Source of the DNA: Bacteroidia bacterium
Lineage (GTDB): Bacteria; Bacteroidota; Bacteroidia; Bacteroidales; VadinHA17
Reading direction: 5' to 3'
Length of the DNA: 64,000 nt
Assembly (NCBI GenBank): GCA_026391215.1
Contig: JAPLDX010000058.1
Location: 82,119-146,118, forward strand
The notes beneath the pieces are model-generated. The model did not search any database, was not told the DNA's origin, and was given only the letters and a program-made list of their open reading frames with translations. Below are positions 57,230 through 64,000 of this stretch, in pieces. The position numbers and the translations under genes are program-made. How positions within the stretch are numbered: the first letter of the stretch is position 1; every line of letters begins with the position of its first letter.

Positions 57230-58333
57230 TTATTCTTTAACAATCCCATTGTTCATGATCTTCATCTGATGATTGATAGATTCCTGATGGATAGCTTTAA
57301 AAATGATATCAATAAGTTCCTGGCTGAGCCCTTTTGCCTTACCTTTGACCATAACCCTTTTTACAATTTCGTCCCAGCGCATGCTTTGTAAGATAGTGAT
57401 ATTATTTTCTTTTTTATAATAGCCTATGGTCTCAGCAACTTTCATCCTCTGTTCTATCAGATCGATCAGATGATCGTCAAACACGTCAATCTGTTGCCTC
57501 AGTTCACCAAGAACATCGAGCAGCTTAGGATCGGAAGTTGAAGGACTGCGAAGGATCAGCCTGCTCAGCAATTCCTTCAGATCATTTGGAGTAAGCTGCT
57601 GCTGTGCATCACTAAGAGCATTGTCGGGATCTATATGCGATTCGATCATCAGCCCGTCATAATTGAGATCGAGAGCTTTCTGTGAAATTTCATGAATGTA
57701 TTCCCTGCTTCCTGCAATGTGGCTGGGATCGCATATCAGCGGCAGGTCCGGGATCCTTCTTCTCAGTTCAATTGGCAGCTGCCAGTTGGGCTGATTCCTG
57801 TAGGATGTCTTTTCATATGCTGAAAAGCCCCGGTGTATAGCACCTAAACGTTTAATACCGGCTTTCGCTATACGTTCTATCGCCCCAATCCACAACTCAA
57901 GGTCAGGATTTATAGGATTCTTGACAAGCACCATTACGTCAACTCCGTTAAGCGCATTTGATATTTCCTGGACTGTAAAAGGATTGACAGATGTACGGGC
58001 GCCTATCCACAGCAGGTCAATGCCATATTTCAGAGCTTCATAAACATGACGTTCACTGGCCACTTCGGTACCTACAAGCAAGCCTGTCTCCTGTTTTACA
58101 TTCTTCAGCCATTTCAATCCGTCAACTCCAATCCCTTCGAAGGAGTTAGGCCGGGTACGGGGCTTCCATATTCCTGACCGGAACACATTGACTTTATTTA
58201 ACCGTGCCAATTGTTTTGCAGTTTCCATAACCTGCTCTTCGGTTTCAGCACTGCAGGGACCGGAAATCAGAAAAGGCTTTCCGGTATAACCCCTCCATTC
58301 CTGTAAAGGTGATGTATCAAGTTTTACAACCAT
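57230..58333 (-). CDS. Bifunctional DAHP synthase / chorismate mutase
   Basis: SGPCSAE, WKPRT, WIGAR, HRGF, DPSH and C-terminal LRQQID...R...K (AroQ). Confidence 0.93.
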   Translation of the reverse strand: MVVKLDTSPLQEWRGYTGKPFLISGPCSAETEEQVMETAKQLARLNKVNVFRSGIWKPRTRPNSFEGIGVDGLKWLKNVKQETGLLVGTEVASERHVYEALKYGIDLLWIGARTSVNPFTVQEISNALNGVDVMVLVKNPINPDLELWIGAIERIAKAGIKRLGAIHRGFSAYEKTSYRNQPNWQLPIELRRRIPDLPLICDPSHIAGSREYIHEISQKALDLNYDGLMIESHIDPDNALSDAQQQLTPNDLKELLSRLILRSPSTSDPKLLDVLGELRQQIDVFDDHLIDLIEQRMKVAETIGYYKKENNITILQSMRWDEIVKRVMVKGKAKGLSQELIDIIFKAIHQESINHQMKIMNNGIVKE

Positions 58334-58344
58334 CTGTAAATGAA

Positions 58345-59190
58345 TTAATTCAATATCTTTTGTATTTTGTTTGCTTCTCCCATAATTGTCTTTAATCCCT
58401 CTATATCTTTTTCAGAGATCATTTTTCTGAAGAGGTTCATCTTTTCTATAAAGGTATCTATCACCTCAATAATATATTCAGAATTTTCTGTGAAGATAGG
58501 AGCCCATGTCTCACTGTTGCTTTTGGCAAGGCGGACAGTACTTTCAAAGCCGCCTCCGGCAAGTGTAAGGATATTTTCTTCTTCCTGTTCCTTTTCCAGG
58601 ACACTCAGTGCAAGAGAGAACGATGTTATGTGTGAAATATGGGAAACATAAGCGACGTGGACATCATGAACAGCGGAGTTCATATAAACTATATGCATGT
58701 TCAGGACTCTGAGCATCCTTTCTATGAGATCAAGGGCATCAGGATCGCTGAGCTCAGGATCACAAATAATTACATTTTTATAGTCGAAAAGCTTCCCTAT
58801 GGCAGCAAGCGGACCGGAATATTCGGTACCAGCCATAGGATGTGCTGCAACATATCTTCCTCGTGCAGGATGGTTTCTTGATACATCGGCGATTGCTGAT
58901 TTTGTCGAACCCATATCAGCTACCACTTTTGATGTACCGGATATTCTGTCAAGGATACCGGGCAGCATGGTACAATTCGAACTCACAGGAGTACAAAGAA
59001 GGATCAGATCACTTCTGTCAACCGCATTTTCAAGTGTATCGGTTTCATCAACTATACCGCAGAGCATTGCAATATTCCTGTGCTGAATACTGCTGTCCAC
59101 GCCAATGATCCTGTCAGCAAATTTCCTTTTTCTGAGGTCAAGCATCAGGGAGCCGCCGATGAGACCGATTCCTACTACCGTGATTGTCAT
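58345..59190 (-). CDS. tyrA: Prephenate dehydrogenase
   Basis: GIGLIGGS, DMGSTK, HPMAGTE, HD...AYVSH and RLAKS. Confidence 0.93.
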   Translation of the reverse strand: MTITVVGIGLIGGSLMLDLRKRKFADRIIGVDSSIQHRNIAMLCGIVDETDTLENAVDRSDLILLCTPVSSNCTMLPGILDRISGTSKVVADMGSTKSAIADVSRNHPARGRYVAAHPMAGTEYSGPLAAIGKLFDYKNVIICDPELSDPDALDLIERMLRVLNMHIVYMNSAVHDVHVAYVSHISHITSFSLALSVLEKEQEEENILTLAGGGFESTVRLAKSNSETWAPIFTENSEYIIEVIDTFIEKMNLFRKMISEKDIEGLKTIMGEANKIQKILN

Positions 59191-59250
59191 CTTTAATATT
59201 TTAATTGTTGCTGTCCTCCTTTGCTAAAGATTCAGAGGATAAAAGTTTCT

Positions 59251-60423
59251 TTATTTGATTAGAATGGAATTATTTAAAATCCGTGTTTTACATTCGTTCA
59301 GGATCTTTTCATCTGCACAGAGAGAAATGCGGATATACCTGCTGCCATTGCTGCCGAAAATGAATCCCGGTGTGATGAAAACATGTGCCTTATTTAATAT
59401 ATTCTCCACAAATGATTCACAATCAGGTATGTATTCCGGGATCTTGCCCCAGACAAATAAACCTGATTGCGATTTATCGAACCGGCATCCCAGGGTATCC
59501 ATTATCTCCTCTACAATTTTCCGGCGTCTCTGATATACGTTGTTGATGTTTTCGTACCATGAAGGAGGATTGGAAAGAGCTTCAGTGGCAGCTGCCTGTA
59601 AAGCCCTGAACATTCCGGAGTCCATATTGCTTTTGACCTTCAGGATACTGTTAATATATTCACGATCTCCGGCGACCATGCCAATCCTCCATCCGGGCAT
59701 GTTATGTGATTTGCTCAGTGAATTGAGCTCAAGGGCTATCTCCCTGGCCCCCTTTACAGCCAGGAGACTCTGGTAATCATTGTTAAGAATAAAGCTGTAG
59801 GGATTATCGTTACAAAGCAATATTTCATGTCTGAGGGCAAAAGCAACAAGCTTTTCAAAAAGTTCAGCAGATCCTTTAGCTCCTGTAGGCATATTAGGAT
59901 AATTTATCCACATGAGCTTTACCTTCTTCAAGCTGGTTTTTTCAAGTTTTTGAAGATCGGGTATCCAGCCATTATTCTCATCCAGGTCATAGTACCTGAT
60001 TTTACCGCCGACAAGCTTTGTTACGGAAGAATAAGTAGGATAACCCGGATTTGGAACAAGGACTTCATCACCCTGGTTAACAAAAGCCAGGCTGATATGC
60101 ATAATTCCTTCCTTGGATCCTATTAATGGAAGTATCTCACTTTCAGGGTCAAGTTCAACATTAAAATATTTTTTGTACCATCCGGCAAATGCTTTTCGCA
60201 GAGCAGGAATGCCATTATAGCTCTGATAACCATGTGATGAAGGTTTGGAGGCTTCTTCGCTGAGGGCGGCAATAGTGTTTTCCGAAGGAGGCTGATCAGG
60301 ACTGCCGATACCAAGGTTTATAATATCTGAACCAGCCTTACGCATCAGGTCGATTTGCCTGAGCTTCTGCGAGAAGTAATACTCCTGAACGCTTTCAGTC
60401 CTTTTTGCAGGTTTAACTTTCAT
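59251..60423 (-). CDS. Class I/II PLP aminotransferase (probably aromatic/prephenate)
   Basis: NLGIGSPD, GSKEG, NYPNMPTG, DNPY and SLSKS.NMPGWRIG. The start MKVKP at 60423 overlaps the pheA end. Confidence 0.9.
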   Translation of the reverse strand: MKVKPAKRTESVQEYYFSQKLRQIDLMRKAGSDIINLGIGSPDQPPSENTIAALSEEASKPSSHGYQSYNGIPALRKAFAGWYKKYFNVELDPESEILPLIGSKEGIMHISLAFVNQGDEVLVPNPGYPTYSSVTKLVGGKIRYYDLDENNGWIPDLQKLEKTSLKKVKLMWINYPNMPTGAKGSAELFEKLVAFALRHEILLCNDNPYSFILNNDYQSLLAVKGAREIALELNSLSKSHNMPGWRIGMVAGDREYINSILKVKSNMDSGMFRALQAAATEALSNPPSWYENINNVYQRRRKIVEEIMDTLGCRFDKSQSGLFVWGKIPEYIPDCESFVENILNKAHVFITPGFIFGSNGSRYIRISLCADEKILNECKTRILNNSILIK

Positions 60424-61243
60424 ATAACTTTTCTCCTTTGTTATAGATCCCAAGAACTTCAAGGTTAGTTGTGTAATTGTCAAGAACATTTTTTATCAGG
60501 CTGAGATCGTGATCAGGATTCAGCTCAAGATCAAGGTAAAACATGTATTCCCATTCACCATTCAGCCTCGGAACTGACTGTATCTTGGAGAGATTAATGT
60601 CCAGCTCGGCAAGCTTTACAAGCACTGCCGCAAGTGATCCCGGCTGGTGGCCTGTTGAAAAACAGATTGATACCTTGTTGCCATCTTTATTGGCATCTTT
60701 CTTATTTCCCAGAACAAGGAATCTTGTGTAGTTCTTTTTATAAGTCTCTATTCCTGATGCAATGATCTCGAGCCCGTAGATCTCAGCGGCTTTTGCTGGC
60801 GCGATTGCAGCAACATTCTGAAGATTATTTTCGCTGATATATTTTGCGCTTCCTGCTGTATCATCACTCTCAATCAGCGTAACACCGCGGAGGTGATTAA
60901 GATATGTCATGCATTGTGAAAGCGCTATAGGATGAGATCTGATCTCCCGGATTGACATGATTGTCTGTCCGGGAAGTGCCATCAGGTTTTGCCTTATCCT
61001 CAGGTTGATCTCCCCGAGTATCTTCATCCCCGATTCCCTGATCAGAGTATAATTATAGAGCAGACTGCCTGACCTGGCGTTTTCAATGGCCATTATTGCC
61101 AGATCCGCTTCTTTATCTTTCACAGCTGAAAGGGTGAGATCGAATGTAGCGCAGGGGACTATATCAAATGTTTCACCGCGGAAATAGATTTCTGCGGCAA
61201 CTTCATGGAAACATCCTTTTTCTCCCTGGACAGCAATTTTCAT
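60413..61243 (-). CDS. pheA: Prephenate dehydratase
   Basis: AVQG..GCFHE.A, AIEN, SHPIAL.QC, DTAGSA, NYTRF and a C-terminal ACT domain. The start is MKIAV at 61243. Confidence 0.93.
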   Translation of the reverse strand: MKIAVQGEKGCFHEVAAEIYFRGETFDIVPCATFDLTLSAVKDKEADLAIMAIENARSGSLLYNYTLIRESGMKILGEINLRIRQNLMALPGQTIMSIREIRSHPIALSQCMTYLNHLRGVTLIESDDTAGSAKYISENNLQNVAAIAPAKAAEIYGLEIIASGIETYKKNYTRFLVLGNKKDANKDGNKVSICFSTGHQPGSLAAVLVKLAELDINLSKIQSVPRLNGEWEYMFYLDLELNPDHDLSLIKNVLDNYTTNLEVLGIYNKGEKLYES

Positions 61244-61254
61244 CTTTCTCTTTT

Positions 61255-61288
61255 TAAAAATAAAAAGTCCCCTTTTCCAGGGGACTTT
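61255..61288 (-). terminator. Attenuator terminator upstream of pheA
   Basis: Minus strand AAAGTCCCCT-ggaaa-AGGGGACTTT followed by TTATTTTT. Confidence 0.88.
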
Positions 61289-61325
61289 GCTCAATTAATA
61301 TTATTGACTGTACACAAAAATCCCC

Positions 61326-61391
61326 TTATCTCTTTTTAAAGTAAAAAAAGAAATAAAAAGAATAAGAGTAATAATTGTGTACAATATTCAT
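61326..61391 (-). CDS. Phe/Tyr attenuation leader peptide MNIVHNYYSYSFYFFFYFKKR
   Basis: 21-codon ORF with 5 Tyr and 5 Phe codons in a 12-codon stretch. Promoter TACTTTTG at 61412-61419. Confidence 0.88.
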   Translation of the reverse strand: MNIVHNYYSYSFYFFFYFKKR

Positions 61392-61468
61392 TTTGTCGTC
61401 ATATTGGCTTACAAAAGTAATGCAATAATTAATAAATCAAAATTAATTATAAAAATTCTGTTTTTACT

Positions 61469-62074
61469 TTAAGTTATTAACTGATGTCGATTCATTAATA
61501 CATCTTCAATCTCAGAGAGGCTGACATCCTTTATCTTTAGTAATATTAATAAATGGTATAACAGGTCAGCGGCTTCGTTTTTGAACAGGTCAATATTGTT
61601 GTCTTTTGCTTCGATGATCAGTTCCACCGCTTCCTCGCCGACTTTTTGTGCAGCTTTGTTTATACCCTCCCTGAATATATTGTTTGTATAGGAATCCTGA
61701 ACATTTTCATCAATCCTCTTATAAATGATCTGTTCCAGCTTGTAAAGAAATCCTTTTGCTGAATCATCACTGAAGCATGAGGTGTTCCCCGTATGGCAAA
61801 CCGGACCGGCAGGATCAACTTTAATAAGCAGTGAATCATTATCGCAATCTGCTGTTATTTCTTTAACAATCAGATAGTTTCCAGAGGTTTCACCTTTTGT
61901 CCAGAGGCGATTTTTGCTCCTGGAGAAGAAAGTGACTTTACCTTCGTTTCTGGTTTTTTCCAGCGCTTCTTCATTCATAAATCCGACCATAAGCACCTGT
62001 AGTGTTGTGTTATCCTGGATTACTGCCGGAACTAAACCGTTACCTTTTTTGAAATTGATCTTGTTCATAATCAT
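61469..62074 (-). CDS. hisIE: Phosphoribosyl-AMP cyclohydrolase / phosphoribosyl-ATP pyrophosphatase
   Basis: WTKGETSG, DCDND, CHTG..SCF, KVGEEA.E and EAADLLYH. Confidence 0.96.
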   Translation of the reverse strand: MIMNKINFKKGNGLVPAVIQDNTTLQVLMVGFMNEEALEKTRNEGKVTFFSRSKNRLWTKGETSGNYLIVKEITADCDNDSLLIKVDPAGPVCHTGNTSCFSDDSAKGFLYKLEQIIYKRIDENVQDSYTNNIFREGINKAAQKVGEEAVELIIEAKDNNIDLFKNEAADLLYHLLILLKIKDVSLSEIEDVLMNRHQLIT

Positions 62075-62094
62075 TTGTTTATATTTTCAATCTT

Positions 62095-62272
62095 CATGTA
62101 CCCACCCCCCGACCCCCTCCCTGCTGTCGCAAGGATGGGGTGAGTTAACACAGGAAACAATTATTATGATTAAAAAATATCATGATATAATAAATTAATA
62201 GTCAATAATATACATTGATTGGCTTCCCCCTCCTTACGAAGTAGGGAGGGGGATTAAGGGGGTGGGTACATG
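62095..62272. mobile_element. MITE-like cruciform element with perfect 15-bp terminal inverted repeats (copy 5)
   Basis: CATGTACCCACCCCC ... GGGGGTGGGTACATG, with two subterminal G/C hairpins and an AT-rich core. It sits inside the his operon between hisF and hisIE. Confidence 0.7.
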
Positions 62273-62276
62273 TTTA

Positions 62277-63032
62277 TCATACTCTGATTTCAATTCCTTC
62301 ATTTATCAAATACTTTTTAAGTTCTCTTATATCTGTTTCACCATAATGAAAAATACTTGCTGCGAGCGCCGCACTGCATTTAGTATTTCTAAAAACCTCT
62401 CTGAAGTGCTCTTTTGTGCCTGCACCACCTGACGCAATAACCGGGATATTTATAATACGGCTTATCAATTCTGTGATTTCTATCGAGAATCCTTCTTTTT
62501 TCCCATCATTTTTCATTGATGTAAGCAATACCTCACCGGCCCCGAGCGCCTCAGCTGTTAGTGCCCAGTCGGCAGTTTTAAGAGGGAAAGGCAGCCGGCC
62601 GCCATCAACATAAACTATCCATTCTCCATCACAGATGTTCGTATCAATTGCTACCACAATACACTGGCTTCCGAATTCCATTGCAACTTCAGTTATAAGT
62701 TCAGGTCTCCTTACAGCGGCCGAGTTGATAGTTATCTTGTCCGCACCGGCTTTTAATAGCGAGCCGACATCTTCAACACAGTTAATTCCTCCCCCGACTG
62801 TAAAAGGGATATTTATTTCTTCGGCTATTCTTTCAACCAGCTTGATAAGAGTCTGCCGGTTTTCTACTGTTGCTGTTATATCCAGAAAGGCCAGCTCATC
62901 AGCGCCCCGGCCGGCATACAGTTTTGCCAGCTCAACAGGATCACCGGCATCCCTGATATTCTTGAAACCGATACCTTTTACTGTTCTCCCATCCCTGATA
63001 TCAAGGCACGGTATTATTCTTTTCTTCAGCAT
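62277..63032 (-). CDS. hisF: Imidazole glycerol phosphate synthase cyclase
   Basis: RIIPCLD, GADEL.FLDITA, PFTVGGG, PVIASGGAG and AASIFH. Confidence 0.97.
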   Translation of the reverse strand: MLKKRIIPCLDIRDGRTVKGIGFKNIRDAGDPVELAKLYAGRGADELAFLDITATVENRQTLIKLVERIAEEINIPFTVGGGINCVEDVGSLLKAGADKITINSAAVRRPELITEVAMEFGSQCIVVAIDTNICDGEWIVYVDGGRLPFPLKTADWALTAEALGAGEVLLTSMKNDGKKEGFSIEITELISRIINIPVIASGGAGTKEHFREVFRNTKCSAALAASIFHYGETDIRELKKYLINEGIEIRV

Positions 63033-63739
63033 AATGACCTTAGATCTTTTAATTTTATTCTTCCTTCATATATCGCCTTACCGATAATAACCCCTTCACA
63101 GCCTGCAAGTCTGATAGCTTCGATGTCTTTTAGTGAAGAAACCCCTCCACTGGCAATAAGATTGATGTTTACTGATCCCAGAATCTCATTATATATTTCC
63201 GTTGCCGGACCGGCCATCATTCCATCCCTTTTAGCGTCAGTACAGATTGAGTACTTTACACCAAGCGAGCAATAACCGGAAAGAAATGATACGATATTCT
63301 CCTCCGAGGTCTTTGTCCATGCACCTGATACAATCTTCCTTTCTTTGAAATCTGCCGCCAGGATTATCCTGTCATTGCCGTAACATTCAAGCCATTCCAT
63401 GAACAGGTATGGCAGGGTAACGGCTATTGTGCCTGCTGAGACCTGTTTTGCACCTGAATTAAAAGCAATTCTGATATCATCTTCCGTTCTTACTCCTCCT
63501 CCAAAGTCGATACTTAATTTTGTCGAAGAAGATATCTCTTCAAGTATCTTATGATTGGTAATCTTTTTGTTTTTTGCACCATCCAGGTCTGCTATATGCA
63601 GGTACCTGATCCCATTGCTTTCAAGTTTTTTAGCAATCTCAAGGGGATTTTCAGAATAGATCTTCTTTGTGCTGTAATCACCCCTGGTCAGCCTGACACA
63701 TTTGCCATCAAGTATATCGAGAGCCATTATTATTCTCAT
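63026..63739 (-). CDS. hisA: ProFAR isomerase
   Basis: ALDI.DGKCVRL..GDY, LH..DLDGA, DFGGG and IASGG. Confidence 0.96.
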   Translation of the reverse strand: MRIIMALDILDGKCVRLTRGDYSTKKIYSENPLEIAKKLESNGIRYLHIADLDGAKNKKITNHKILEEISSSTKLSIDFGGGVRTEDDIRIAFNSGAKQVSAGTIAVTLPYLFMEWLECYGNDRIILAADFKERKIVSGAWTKTSEENIVSFLSGYCSLGVKYSICTDAKRDGMMAGPATEIYNEILGSVNINLIASGGVSSLKDIEAIRLAGCEGVIIGKAIYEGRIKLKDLRSLC

Positions 63740-64000
63740 AAGTCCAGGAAGTTTTTAAGTATGCACTCACCGGTTTCCGCTGATTTCTCAGGATGAAATT
63801 GTGCTGCGTAAAAATTTTTTTTCTGCATTGCAGCGCTGAATGGCAGAATATAATTACAGACAGCGGAGGTGCATGATGATATCCCGGCATAGAAGCTGTG
63901 TACATAATATACATTGTCTTTTAAGGAAATTCCTTCGAAAAGCTCCCCTTCAACCGAAGAGAAATTATTCCATCCCATATGGGGAACAATATCAGCCTTC
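63736..64000 (-). CDS. hisH: Imidazole glycerol phosphate synthase glutaminase (3' part)
   Basis: VPHMGWN, YYVHSFY and QFHPEKS. It runs off the window. Confidence 0.95.
   Translation of the reverse strand, partial: KADIVPHMGWNNFSSVEGELFEGISLKDNVYYVHSFYAGISSCTSAVCNYILPFSAAMQKKNFYAAQFHPEKSAETGECILKNFLDL

Overview
This 64 kb window looks like chromosomal DNA from an anaerobic Bacteroidota (Bacteroidales-like) organism. The evidence is TAnnTTTG promoters, T9SS components and the holA/amn/hsdR_N neighbourhood. In order it holds: a partial proline dehydrogenase; an ECF sigma factor, a membrane-anchored PKD protein with a type-B T9SS C-terminal domain (CTD) and a PorP/SprF gene; skp, a GT2 and ftsB; a tungstopterin-type aldehyde:ferredoxin oxidoreductase (AOR) cluster (thiS/thiF-like, aor, moeA, mog); the T9SS plug, apbE, a PEPCK-like protein and housekeeping genes; a CotH protein; yedF-selD-cysteine synthase-MBL; a FadL-like porin; a long carbohydrate region without a SusC/D pair (two GH106, one of them broken, two GH88/105, GH5, PL14-like, an isomerase, an MFS transporter, Gfo/Idh/MocA-DUF6807-NIPSNAP); trpB2; the aro/phe/tyr operon; and the end of the his operon. 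Signals not in the ORF track include two leader-peptide attenuators (Trp/Cys and Phe/Tyr), a family of GC-rich cruciform MITE/REP-like elements and two genes with internal deletions. The best candidate for an undescribed system is the autoregulated ECF sigma whose putative anti-sigma factor is itself a type-B T9SS cargo with an adjacent PorP. No rRNA, tRNA, CRISPR array, transposase or prophage was seen. Family assignments come from motif recognition only; no database search was run.
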